Below, one piece after another: positions 1 to 8,446 of a stretch of 64,000 nucleotides of DNA. Position numbers and translations under genes: made by a program. Below the pieces are notes generated by a model that did not search any database, was not told the DNA's origin, and saw only the letters and a list, made by a program, of their open reading frames with translations. How positions within the stretch are numbered: the stretch's first letter is position 1; the number at the start of each line of letters is the position of its first letter. The DNA comes from Patescibacteria group bacterium. GTDB taxonomy: Bacteria; Bacteroidota; Ignavibacteria; Kapaibacteriales; Kapaibacteriaceae. Where the stretch lies: the NCBI GenBank assembly GCA_044376225.1, contig JBILLF010000005.1, positions 820 through 64,819 on the forward strand. The letters are read 5' to 3'.

Positions 1-1
1 C

Positions 2-676
2 AACGTGATCATCGCTGATGACAGTACTCGTCTGCAAGCGCTGGCCCCCTTCACGGCACCGAAGCCCGAAGAGTATCAGAACATGCCGCTGCTGATGAAG
101 GCAAAGGGCAAATGCACCACCGACCACATTTCGATGGCCGGTCCATGGCTCCGCTTCCGCGGTCACCTCGACAACATCTCCAATAACATGCTCATTGGTG
201 CCATCAACTACGTGAACGACACCGCCAACAGCATCAAGAACACCTTTACCGGCCAGTACGACGAGGTCCCAAAGGTTGCCCGCGATTACAAGGCAAGGGG
301 CTCTGCATGGGTTGTTGTTGGTGACGAGAACTATGGTGAAGGCTCATCACGTGAGCACGCCGCCATGGAGCCTCGCTTCCTCGGTGGCAAGGTCATCATC
401 ACCAAGAGCTATGCTCGTATTCACGAGACAAACCTCAAGAAGCAGGGCATGCTTCCGCTCACGTTTGTGAACGCAGCCGACTACGACAAGATCCGCGAAG
501 ACGACCGCATGAGCATCGACATCACAACTCTTGCTCCCGGCAAGAACGTCGATCTCGTTGTCACCCATGCCGACGGCTCTTCCGAGACCATCGTCCTGAA
601 GCACACCATGAACGAGCAGCAGCTCGGCTGGTTCAAGGCCGGCTCGGCGCTGAATCTGATCGCAGGAAGAAGCTGA
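2..676 (+). CDS. aconitate hydratase, C-terminal swivel domain (5' end outside window)
   Basis: The frame is open to base 2. The translation contains [52 protein letters not shown], the conserved aconitase domain-4 block. Confidence 0.85.
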   Translation, partial: NVIIADDSTRLQALAPFTAPKPEEYQNMPLLMKAKGKCTTDHISMAGPWLRFRGHLDNISNNMLIGAINYVNDTANSIKNTFTGQYDEVPKVARDYKARGSAWVVVGDENYGEGSSREHAAMEPRFLGGKVIITKSYARIHETNLKKQGMLPLTFVNAADYDKIREDDRMSIDITTLAPGKNVDLVVTHADGSSETIVLKHTMNEQQLGWFKAGSALNLIAGRS

Positions 677-683
677 TTCGTCT

Positions 684-703
684 CCCACGGCTGAAGCCGT
701 GGG
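684..703 (+). terminator. short hairpin after aconitase stop (CCCACGGC-TGAA-GCCGTGGG)
   Basis: Perfect 8-bp stem with a 4-nt loop, 8 nt after the stop. No clear T-tract follows. Confidence 0.3.
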
Positions 704-734
704 CAGGTATTGACAAAACCTCATCAAGCACGAC

Positions 735-770
735 GGCCCGCCATTCACACGAGTGGTGGGCCGTTGGTGT
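735..770 (+). repeat. copy 1 of 36-nt hairpin repeat GGCCCGCCATTCNCACGAGTGGTGGGCCGTTGGTGT
   Basis: The 9-bp stem GGCCCGCCA/TGGTGGGCC (one G-U pair in RNA) has the loop TTCACACGAG. It lies 59 nt after the aconitase stop. Confidence 0.85.
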
Positions 771-1121
771 TTAGATACTATTCAGTTTCCGATATTCGAT
801 TGTTCTGGCACAACATTAGAATCGCCTAGGCAACGACATGAGGTATAATCTCAAACGGCGCGGAGACGCATTCTTCCACTGTATGCGAGACAATGTTCAG
901 GTAGGTGCAGACATGCGCAAGGCGATGAACAAACAGATTAACAGAGATACTGATTAACGGACATATGTCACGACAACCACGACTGTCTCGCACCCAATAC
1001 ATCGCCATCATCGTTGCGTCTGCATCCTTCAGTTTGGCGGTGATTATTGGTCTGCGAGGACAGGCTACATCGGCGATGATGCTTATCGTGTGCGGACTAC
1101 TTCCTGTGGTCGTTGCCTTCC

Positions 1122-1331
1122 GTGGTGTGCGCCGAGATTCGGTGGAGAATTGAGTAGGGGCGTCTCATCGGACTCTTGGATTCCGGAGTGCTTCCGTCGC
1201 GAAAGGTCGGCAAACACCGAAGGGTCAAGGCCCTCGACCTTATCACCTACAAACAAGCCGACGAGCAGATTCGCAAGGCACGGCTTGATGAACTTACCGC
1301 AGAGGCACAACGGCTGGGACTTGGGTATTGA
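1122..1331 (+). pseudogene. excisionase/MerR-like HTH (type II antitoxin-like) gene remnant interrupted by in-frame TAG
   Basis: Frame-3 translation after the TAG at 1155-1157 reads GRLIGLLDSGVLPSRKVGKHRRVKALDLITYKQADEQIRKARLDELTAEAQRLGLGY*. This resembles the C-terminal two-thirds of the small HTH_17/excisionase-family proteins that pair with PIN toxins. The upstream part (VVCAEIRWRIE) is degenerate. It is not in the ORF track because no >=60-aa ORF exists. Confidence 0.5.
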
Positions 1332-1367
1332 GTCAGCGTGCCGTCTGATCCACGATCTTAAGCTCTA

Positions 1368-1403
1368 GGCCCGCCATTCGCACGAGTGGTGGGCCGTTGG
1401 TGT
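1368..1403 (+). repeat. copy 2 of 36-nt hairpin repeat
   Basis: GGCCCGCCATTCGCACGAGTGGTGGGCCGTTGGTGT, lying 37 nt after the pseudogene stop. Confidence 0.85.
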
Positions 1404-1481
1404 CAATAATCCCTCATGTTGTTGTTAAACCATCCAGGGCGATGGATTATCTAGGGGACGCACTTTCCGCAGAAAGTTTCC

Positions 1482-2882
1482 ATGCCACGTCTAGTTCCTG
1501 TGTTTGCCTTCATCCTGTGCGCAACTCTGGCCGTATCACAACCGCTGTATACGGTTAAAGTGATCGACGGCTGGGGAGGGGGCTCGCATCGTGCCGGTGA
1601 CACGGTGCACCTATTCTCACGTGCATTGGGTCAGCGAGAGGTGTTTACAAAATGGACGTCTTCGGCGGACATACTTCTTGAGCGGCCTTCGGAATGGCAT
1701 ACGACCTTTGTGATGCCAGAGGCGGACGTCGATCTTGTGGCGCAGATCGACACGATCCCCGCTTTCACCATCACGGAAGAAATGATTCGCGGCGTGGCTC
1801 GCCCCAAGCGTGTGTTTCACATTCTGCCACCAACGCTGCGTGGTGTCGTGTTCCTCTACCACGGAACCGGAGGCAGCGCCATGGGCTGGCAGCCCGGTGC
1901 CCAAGAGAACTTCGCATTGGTCAAGGACCTCGTAGCTGCCGGTCTAGGAGTCGTCATCACCGAAAGCGAGGAGACGACCGCTGAAAAGGATCTCGATGGT
2001 GACGGGAAGATTCGCTGGGATGTCGCGCCCCCTGTCTTGAGTGCGAGTATTGACTATGGCAATCTGCGGGCGATCCTCGACACATTGATTGCACGACGTG
2101 CAATCACCTCAAGCACGCCGCTCTTCGGAGTCGGCATGTCGAATGGTGGCGCATTCTCCATTCCATGTGCCTTAGCCCTTGGTATGAAGGCCGCCGTGAG
2201 TTACTGCGCCTCTGGTCGGAAGAATCAAATGTCTGTCGTCAACATTCCTGTGCTGTGGCTCATGGCACAGAACGACGACAATGAGAACGTGGGTCAGGCT
2301 GGAAATCAAGAAGCCTTGGAGGCAGCCGAGTTTCTTCGTCAACGCGGCGTTAAATCCGAGGCGATCATCCGTCGTCCGTATCCGGTATATCCGGAGATCT
2401 TCACGCGCAACGGTGCCAGCGTCGACAACTCACGGGCCATGGTGTCCGATCTGCGTCGTGGGGGCCACCTTGATGAAAGGGGCTTCCTAATTCGCACAAG
2501 CGACTCAGTGGCCATGGCCGTGACCTCAAACCCTTCGGCCTACCCTGCCATTTTCAATCAAACCGAAGTTGTTGCCCGCGAGATCGTCAACACCCTGGCG
2601 GCTGCATACGCAGAGCACAAGTTCTTTGCAGATCTCAACAAACTCACCGTCGACTGGTTGCTTGCCAGTATTGATGGTTCCACAAGTGTAGGCACGGACA
2701 CTATTGCCGACAGAGCCATCGTGAGGGACGTCTTTGATCTGATGGGACGGCTCGTCCAACGCCTCAGAAGCATCAATGACGAAAACCAAACATCTCACTA
2801 TCACGAGATCGGCAGCGGACTATTCCTGGTCGTAACGCGCTATGAGTCAGGTAGGGTATATGCAGAAAGGATATGCAGATAG
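1482..2882 (+). CDS. secreted alpha/beta-hydrolase-fold protein, possible T9SS cargo
   Basis: Signal peptide MPRLVPVFAFILCATLAVSQ; nucleophile elbow GVGMSNGG; C-terminus DVFDLMGRLVQ...GLFLVVTRYESGRVYAERICR resembles a T9SS sorting domain. Confidence 0.7.
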   Translation: MPRLVPVFAFILCATLAVSQPLYTVKVIDGWGGGSHRAGDTVHLFSRALGQREVFTKWTSSADILLERPSEWHTTFVMPEADVDLVAQIDTIPAFTITEEMIRGVARPKRVFHILPPTLRGVVFLYHGTGGSAMGWQPGAQENFALVKDLVAAGLGVVITESEETTAEKDLDGDGKIRWDVAPPVLSASIDYGNLRAILDTLIARRAITSSTPLFGVGMSNGGAFSIPCALALGMKAAVSYCASGRKNQMSVVNIPVLWLMAQNDDNENVGQAGNQEALEAAEFLRQRGVKSEAIIRRPYPVYPEIFTRNGASVDNSRAMVSDLRRGGHLDERGFLIRTSDSVAMAVTSNPSAYPAIFNQTEVVAREIVNTLAAAYAEHKFFADLNKLTVDWLLASIDGSTSVGTDTIADRAIVRDVFDLMGRLVQRLRSINDENQTSHYHEIGSGLFLVVTRYESGRVYAERICR

Positions 2883-2938
2883 GATTCAGTGAATTGGAGA
2901 CTGTGGGAAGACATCAACAGAATCTCATTGATTACTAC

Positions 2939-2974
2939 GGCCCCCAATTCGCACGAGTGGTGGGCCGTTGTTGT
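2939..2974 (+). repeat. copy 3 of 36-nt hairpin repeat (degenerate left arm)
   Basis: GGCCCCCAATTCGCACGAGTGGTGGGCCGTTGTTGT, 57 nt after the hydrolase stop. Loop and right arm are conserved; the left arm has 2 mismatches. Confidence 0.75.
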
Positions 2975-3082
2975 TTTCATTGATACCATGCGTGCAGCCA
3001 AATTGTCCTTGTTCGATTCCTGATGTAAACACCTTACCCCATCGGTACTATGCCATGCCTTTATAGGTAGCTATCTTGACGA

Positions 3083-4120
3083 ATGATGCCTGACGACGCA
3101 ACCCCTAACAGCGAGATCATCCTCTACCGCACTGCTGATGGGTCGGTACGGCTAGAGGTACTCTATGAGACCGACAGCTTCTGGCTTGACCAGCGGCGCA
3201 TGGCAGAGCTGTTTGGGGTTGATGTCCGTACCGTCAACGAGCATTTGCGTAACATCTTTGATAGCGGAGAATTATCCGAAGCGGCAACTATCCGGAAAAT
3301 CCGGATTGTTCGAACTGAGGGTAAACGTGAGGTTTCGAGAGAGATAGGTTACTACAACCTCGACGCTATCATCTCCGTTGGCTACCGGGTTAACAGTGCA
3401 AAGGCGACCCAGTTTCGGATTTGGGCAACGCAAACCCTACGTGAATTCATCATCAAGGGTTTTGTCCTTGATGATGAACGACTGAAGCTCAATAAACGGT
3501 TCGGCAAGGACTACTTCGACGAGCTGCTTGAGCGGATTCGTGAGATACGCGCCAGCGAGCGTCGGTTTTATCTCAAGATCACCGACATCTATGAACTGTG
3601 CAGCATTGATTACGATAAACACGCTGAGGAGACACAACTGTTCTTCAAGACCGTACAGAACAAACTCCACTGGGCCGTTACGGGGAAGACCGCTGCAGAG
3701 CTTATAGCCGAACGTGCAGACTCAGATAAACCATCCATGGGGCTTACCACATGGAAGAATGCCCCAAAGGGTAAGATCCTCAAGAGTGACGTTAGCGTCG
3801 CAAAGAACTACTTAACTGAGAGCGAGCTCAAGGGGCTTGAGCGCATCGTGTCGATGTACCTCGATTACGCTGAAAATCAAGCAGCTCGTCAGATTCCCAT
3901 GAAGATGGCGGACTGGAGTGCGCGGCTTGACGCATTCCTGCAGTTCAACGAGTACGACATCCTATCCAACGCCGGTAGCGTCTCAGCCGAGGTCGCCAAA
4001 CGTCTTGCAGAGGACCATTACGAGAAGTATCGAATCCGCCAGGACGCCGAGTTCGAAAGTGATTTCGAAGCTGAAGTCAGACGAATCAGCACAAGTCAAA
4101 ACTCGGCTACTGATCAATGA
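3083..4120 (+). CDS. RhuM-family (virulence-associated) protein
   Basis: N-terminal IILYRTADGSVRLEVLYETDSFWLDQRRMAELFGVDVRTVNEHLRNIF followed by ISVGYRVNSAKATQFRIWATQTLREFIIKGFVLDDERLK are hallmark RhuM-family blocks. Confidence 0.85.
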   Translation: MMPDDATPNSEIILYRTADGSVRLEVLYETDSFWLDQRRMAELFGVDVRTVNEHLRNIFDSGELSEAATIRKIRIVRTEGKREVSREIGYYNLDAIISVGYRVNSAKATQFRIWATQTLREFIIKGFVLDDERLKLNKRFGKDYFDELLERIREIRASERRFYLKITDIYELCSIDYDKHAEETQLFFKTVQNKLHWAVTGKTAAELIAERADSDKPSMGLTTWKNAPKGKILKSDVSVAKNYLTESELKGLERIVSMYLDYAENQAARQIPMKMADWSARLDAFLQFNEYDILSNAGSVSAEVAKRLAEDHYEKYRIRQDAEFESDFEAEVRRISTSQNSATDQ

Positions 4121-4138
4121 CAGACCTATACTAGCAGC

Positions 4139-4169
4139 GGCCCGCCATTCTCACGAGTGGTGGGCAGTT
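4139..4169 (+). repeat. copy 4 of hairpin repeat (3' tail diverged)
   Basis: GGCCCGCCATTCTCACGAGTGGTGGGCAGTT, 19 nt after the RhuM stop. Confidence 0.8.
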
Positions 4170-4205
4170 AGTATTCCGTTCAATGGGCAAGTAGCAACAA
4201 AAACG

Positions 4206-4248
4206 AACAACGCCGTGAGCACTGGACGTGATCACGGCGTTGTTTTTT
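4206..4248. terminator. bidirectional intrinsic terminator between rhuM-like gene and tRNA-Asn
   Basis: 13-bp stem AACAACGCCGTGA/TCACGGCGTTGTT, flanked by an A-run upstream and TTTTTT downstream. Confidence 0.75.
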
Positions 4249-4249
4249 G

Positions 4250-4323
4250 CTCCGCAGCAGGGACTTGAACCCCGGACCCTCTGATTAACAGTCAGATGCT
4301 CTAACCAGCTGAGCTACTGCGGA
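4250..4323 (-). tRNA. tRNA-Asn (anticodon GTT)
   Basis: The minus-strand sequence TCCGCAGTAGCTCAGCTGGTTAGAGCATCTGACTGTTAATCAGAGGGTCCGGGGTTCAAGTCCCTGCTGCGGAG folds into a cloverleaf. It has a 7-bp acceptor stem, anticodon loop CTGTTAA and T-loop TTCAAGT. CCA is not encoded. Confidence 0.95.
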
Positions 4324-4349
4324 ATGGACTGCAAATATATGGCAAACGG

Positions 4350-4357
4350 GATTTTTG
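4350..4357 (+). promoter_or_regulatory. candidate -7-like promoter element GATTTTTG upstream of recO
   Basis: Matches 7 of 8 positions of the Bacteroidetes-type TAnnTTTG motif. It lies exactly 26 nt before the recO GTG, the same motif and spacing as upstream of lpxB. Confidence 0.3.
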
Positions 4358-4383
4358 ACAAGACACTGCCGTAACTTCTGGTC

Positions 4384-5085
4384 GTGATCGTTAGCACCGA
4401 AGCCATCGTCCTCCATTCGCGCCGGTTTGGGGATACCTCCCGAATCGTGACGGTGTACAGCCGTGAGCTGGGTAAGATCGGCCTTGTTGCTAAGGGGGCC
4501 CGCACCACGGCATCTGCCCTTGGATCGGCCCTTGAGCCCCTTGGACATGTGCGATGCCAGGTCTATCACACCAAGAACCGCGAGCTTCACACCGTCAGCA
4601 AGGCCGAGAGCGTCTCCACGCGCCGTCAGTTGCAGCAGTCCTATGAGCATCTACGCTCTGGACTGCTGATGTGTGAGCTCGTGATGCGTACACAGGAGCT
4701 GGACCAAGCCGATGGTGAGATCTTCGAGCTGCTGCGCAAGGCGCTCGATGTGGCCGACGGGCTCGCGTCCGAGCTTGTTTACAGCGTGAGTGTTGCCATG
4801 CGTCTTCGACTAGCCGAAGTCATGGGATTTGGTCTTGAGCGTACCCCCTGTCCCGAGACGTGGCAGACGGTCATGATCGATGTGACGGATGGGACGGCCA
4901 GCCAGGTTGGAGGTGGTATCCGTCTGTCGCGGACTGCGTGGGATCTGATGTCGGGCTCTCTTAGGGGGCGATGGATGAGCGCAGCCGAGCCGGTTCAGCT
5001 GGAAATCGAGTCGTTTATCAGCATCTATTTTTCCCATCATCTTGATGCGCGCATTACGTCGCGCACCTTCACGTCGCTTCAGTGA
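4384..5085 (+). CDS. recO: DNA repair protein RecO
   Basis: GTG start. N-terminal OB-fold block TEAIVLHSRRFGDTSRIVTVYSRELGKIGLVAKGAR is typical of RecO. Confidence 0.85.
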   Translation: MIVSTEAIVLHSRRFGDTSRIVTVYSRELGKIGLVAKGARTTASALGSALEPLGHVRCQVYHTKNRELHTVSKAESVSTRRQLQQSYEHLRSGLLMCELVMRTQELDQADGEIFELLRKALDVADGLASELVYSVSVAMRLRLAEVMGFGLERTPCPETWQTVMIDVTDGTASQVGGGIRLSRTAWDLMSGSLRGRWMSAAEPVQLEIESFISIYFSHHLDARITSRTFTSLQ

Positions 5086-5103
5086 CGCAGTATATTGTAG
5101 ACT

Positions 5104-6402
5104 ATGATCGGTGATATCGCTCTGACGATGTTCTTCGTAGTGCTCAACGGGTTCTTCGTTGCAGCAGAGTTTGCCATTGTCAAGGTACGGATGTCGCAGA
5201 TCGAGCTGCGCGCCCGCGAAGGCAACATGTTTGCCGGAGTTGCACGGCACATCCTAGAGCATCTGGACGCGTATCTGAGTGCCTCTCAGCTGGGCATTAC
5301 GTTGGCATCCCTCGGACTGGGCTGGATCGGCGAAAGTGTCGTGGCAAACATCGTGGCACAGGCTACCCTTGCTCTGAACATCACGCTTGCACCCGAAGTG
5401 TTGCACACCATTTCGGTGATCATCGCCTTTGCCATCATCACCGTGTTACACATCGTCGTGGGCGAACAGGCTCCAAAGACGTATGCGATCCGACGCTCTG
5501 AGGCGGTGACGCTGGCGGTAGCGTTCCCGCTCCGGGCGTTCTACGTCATCTTCAAGCCGGTGGTGGTAGCGCTGAACTGGATGTCCAACGCGATGCTGGG
5601 CATCGCCGGCATTGAACACGCCGGCGAGCATGACGTGCATTCGCCACAAGAACTCCGCTACCTCATTGCCGAGTCCTCCAAGCAGGGGGCCCTGGAGCTC
5701 TCCGAACAGGAGCTCATCGACAACGTCTTCGAATTCACCGAGACCACGGCGGCGCAGGTGATGGTGCCGCGTTCAAAGATCTCAGCTCTGGACATAGACA
5801 CTCCGGTCAATGAGCTGCTCGACACGGTGATGACTGAGGGGTACTCGCGTCTGCCGGTGTACCGTGGCACGATCGATACGATCGTCGGGATCATTTATGC
5901 CAAGGATCTGCTCACGCTGATGCACCACCGGGATCTGGTGATCATGCAGGACATTTTGCACGCCCCGTACTATGTGCAGGAGGATGTGAAGCTCAAGCGA
6001 CTTCTGCGCGACATGCAGCGCGACAAGGTCCACATGGCCGTGGTGTTGGATGAATTTGGCGGCACCGCCGGCCTACTGACGCTGGAGGATATCATTGAGG
6101 AGCTCGTTGGTAACATTCAGGATGAGTATGATGACGAGGCTCCGATGCATGCTCAACAGTCGTCGGGATCGTTCGAACTCGATGCCGCTATTCGAATCGA
6201 CGAGGCTAATGAGTTCCTGCCAGAGCCGCTCCCCGAGAGCGACGACTACGAGACGCTTGGCGGGCTGATCAATATGCGTGCCGGACGTATCCCGGTTGCC
6301 GGCGATGTTGTGGTGATCGATGGCTATTCCTGCACAATTATGGCTGCGTCGCCCCGTCGTGTGGAACGCGTTCGCGTTACGCGGCGCACGGCTGAATCAT
6401 GA
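5104..6402 (+). CDS. hemolysin-family protein (CNNM/DUF21 transmembrane domain + CBS pair + CorC_HlyC)
   Basis: LNGFFVAAEFAIVKVR (DUF21), VMVPRSKISALDIDTP...VGIIYAKDLL (CBS) and C-terminal YETLGGLINMRAGRIPVAGDVV (CorC/HlyC). Confidence 0.85.
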   Translation: MIGDIALTMFFVVLNGFFVAAEFAIVKVRMSQIELRAREGNMFAGVARHILEHLDAYLSASQLGITLASLGLGWIGESVVANIVAQATLALNITLAPEVLHTISVIIAFAIITVLHIVVGEQAPKTYAIRRSEAVTLAVAFPLRAFYVIFKPVVVALNWMSNAMLGIAGIEHAGEHDVHSPQELRYLIAESSKQGALELSEQELIDNVFEFTETTAAQVMVPRSKISALDIDTPVNELLDTVMTEGYSRLPVYRGTIDTIVGIIYAKDLLTLMHHRDLVIMQDILHAPYYVQEDVKLKRLLRDMQRDKVHMAVVLDEFGGTAGLLTLEDIIEELVGNIQDEYDDEAPMHAQQSSGSFELDAAIRIDEANEFLPEPLPESDDYETLGGLINMRAGRIPVAGDVVVIDGYSCTIMAASPRRVERVRVTRRTAES

Positions 6403-7721
6403 GACGCCCCCTCCCTCTTCTAGCCATACTAACTCTCGTTATCGCCGGCTGCTCCTCGCTGCCAGAGCGCCTGGCGCGCCTTCCCGAGTACCGACAGACG
6501 TGTCTGAGCGCATCGATGAAGGTACCCTATCCGATCATCCTGTTGCATGGTCTGGGTCAAAAGGCAGATGTGTGGCACGGCACGGCAACGGAGTACTTTC
6601 GTCGGGACCTTGGGCTGACCTATGGCGGCGAACTTGCCGCCGATCGCAAGGGCAACGTCCGGCGGGTCATCGCCGGGTCTGGTCAGGCAGATTTCTTCAC
6701 GGTGGCCTTTGCTAACTCGTCCGACTCCATCAACGCATGGCGCGATGAGCTTGATGCCTGCATCTCCGAGGTCCGCCGCACCACGGGCGCCGATCGGGTG
6801 ATCCTTGTCGGCTACAGCATGGGTGGACTGGCAGCGCGGGCCTACCTGGTGAAGCGCTACACGGACCATCACGTCAAGCGCCTCATCACCATTGGAACGC
6901 CCCATCTCGGTTCGGCGATGGCCAAGGTCTGGAATATCACCAGAGACCTCGACGATTGTGCGCGCAACGGGAATGTACTCGTACGTAAGCCGTGCGAACT
7001 GGCCTTGTCGGCGGTACGCTCGGCACAGGACGATGTGCCGTTCAACAGCTGGGCCATCCGCGACCTTCGACGTCCGGAAGACGGTGGTGAATACCTGCGG
7101 CGGCTCGGCGTGTCGGCACACCCACTCGACGTGGAATACGTGAGTGTGATTGGCAAGGTCGATCTCGTCAACAACACCCTCAGCAAGGGGGCGGCCCAGG
7201 AACTCGTCCGCAAGGTACTGAGTGTAATCGGCGGTTCGATTGACGACATCTTCGATACCGGCGACGGTGTTGTGAGCGCAAAGAGTCAGAACATCATGAA
7301 CATCGACTGGTTCGACAAGGACAAGTCCCGCCGCCGCGCGGCCCGCGTCGTGGAACTTCCAAGCGTTCATACTAGTCACCTTTCCACTTCATCCGATGTG
7401 CAGCGCGTGGCGCTCGACGAAAAGCCCGTCTATCAGGGGGCATACCTTGCTCGACGTGGTGACAGTCCCGTACTCGTGGTCGACTTCGTCGATCATATCC
7501 CTGACCTGTGTTCCGTGCACGTCGATGTAGCAGGCGCTAAACCCCTTCGTCTATCAGCCGATTCAGCCACAACCATGCTCTTACTCGGCGAGGACGGGTT
7601 CCACGCGCGATCGATCATCGCTCTGGACGCCCTCGACGTGACGCAACAAGCCCCGTATCGCCTGAAGGTGACTATCACAAATACGTTTGGATACACGGCC
7701 GGCGGGGCGGTCGATTGGTAG
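6399..7721 (+). CDS. lipoprotein, alpha/beta hydrolase (lipase/esterase-like)
   Basis: Lipobox LVIAGCSS; ILLHGLGQ and nucleophile elbow VGYSMGGLAARAY. There is a 4-nt overlap with the upstream gene. Confidence 0.7.
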   Translation: MRRPLPLLAILTLVIAGCSSLPERLARLPEYRQTCLSASMKVPYPIILLHGLGQKADVWHGTATEYFRRDLGLTYGGELAADRKGNVRRVIAGSGQADFFTVAFANSSDSINAWRDELDACISEVRRTTGADRVILVGYSMGGLAARAYLVKRYTDHHVKRLITIGTPHLGSAMAKVWNITRDLDDCARNGNVLVRKPCELALSAVRSAQDDVPFNSWAIRDLRRPEDGGEYLRRLGVSAHPLDVEYVSVIGKVDLVNNTLSKGAAQELVRKVLSVIGGSIDDIFDTGDGVVSAKSQNIMNIDWFDKDKSRRRAARVVELPSVHTSHLSTSSDVQRVALDEKPVYQGAYLARRGDSPVLVVDFVDHIPDLCSVHVDVAGAKPLRLSADSATTMLLLGEDGFHARSIIALDALDVTQQAPYRLKVTITNTFGYTAGGAVDW

Positions 7722-7724
7722 TCG

Positions 7725-8378
7725 CTACTTGACCACCATCATAGGCCGAGACGTCTTCAGGCCCGGCGTCGAAAGAACGACGTAGTACAACGTCGAAGGG
7801 ATCTCCGAGCCCGTTACGACGAATTCCGACATGTGCGTACCGGCTGGCAGATCGGCATTGACGATCGTGGCAATGGCGTTGCCCACAACATCCACTACAC
7901 GAAGCTGGACCTTGCAGGGGGCTGGCAGGGAGAACCGAATGATGGCCTTTTCGGATACTGGATTCGGATGGATCTCTTCGAGCGTGAATCCGGCTATGCC
8001 TGATGTCGATGTGACACTAGGACCCGACCCCTCTACGACAACACGTACCGGCGCGGTTTGACGTGTCGCACACGGCGTTTTATACGTTGCCGTGTAGGTA
8101 CCGCTGGCAAGATCCTGGGCGCTCTTCACCACGAGCTCTGATGCCGCTGCTCCGGGGATTGCCACGCCGTCCTTGTACCACACAAACTCGTAGTACTTCG
8201 CCGGACCGATACCGTTGATTCCGAGACGGATCTCGCTACCTTCAGCAACAAGAACTCTGGCTGATGGCTCGAGCACTGTCGATTCCGAACCGGACATTCT
8301 GACAAGACGCGCTGCGTCTCCGGCATACACGGATGTGGCCAGGAGAGTAAGAACGAACAGATGGATGATGTGCTTCAT
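7725..8378 (-). CDS. secreted Ig-like domain protein with T9SS C-terminal sorting domain
   Basis: I moved the start to MKHIIHLFVLTLLATSVYAG (signal peptide). The C-terminus HPNPVSEKAIIRFSLPAPCKVQLRVVDVVGNAI...YYVVLSTPGLKTSRPMMVVK is a classical T9SS CTD. Confidence 0.75.
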   Translation of the reverse strand: MKHIIHLFVLTLLATSVYAGDAARLVRMSGSESTVLEPSARVLVAEGSEIRLGINGIGPAKYYEFVWYKDGVAIPGAAASELVVKSAQDLASGTYTATYKTPCATRQTAPVRVVVEGSGPSVTSTSGIAGFTLEEIHPNPVSEKAIIRFSLPAPCKVQLRVVDVVGNAIATIVNADLPAGTHMSEFVVTGSEIPSTLYYVVLSTPGLKTSRPMMVVK

Positions 8379-8412
8379 AGGAGAAAGCCCCAAGAACGAC
8401 GCGAAATATAGC

Positions 8413-8420
8413 GATTTTTG
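8413..8420 (+). promoter_or_regulatory. candidate -7-like promoter element GATTTTTG upstream of lpxB
   Basis: Same octamer as upstream of recO, again exactly 26 nt before the start codon. Confidence 0.3.
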
Positions 8421-8446
8421 AAGCCCACCCCCTGCCACACGACTCC

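Noticed and set aside
965-1153. 62-aa ORF with two hydrophobic segments
   Set aside because: It overlaps the degenerate 5' part of the HTH pseudogene in another frame, and has no RBS or family signature. It may be real, but I cannot support it.
677-4250. Intact integrative element at tRNA-Asn
   Set aside because: I could see no integrase or recombinase gene and no direct repeat of the tRNA 3' end. At most this is an eroded remnant, reported as a low-interest finding.
6429-7379. 316-aa minus-strand ORF
   Set aside because: It is antisense to the lipoprotein alpha/beta hydrolase gene, which has a lipobox and the GYSMGG motif. It has no recognisable motifs.
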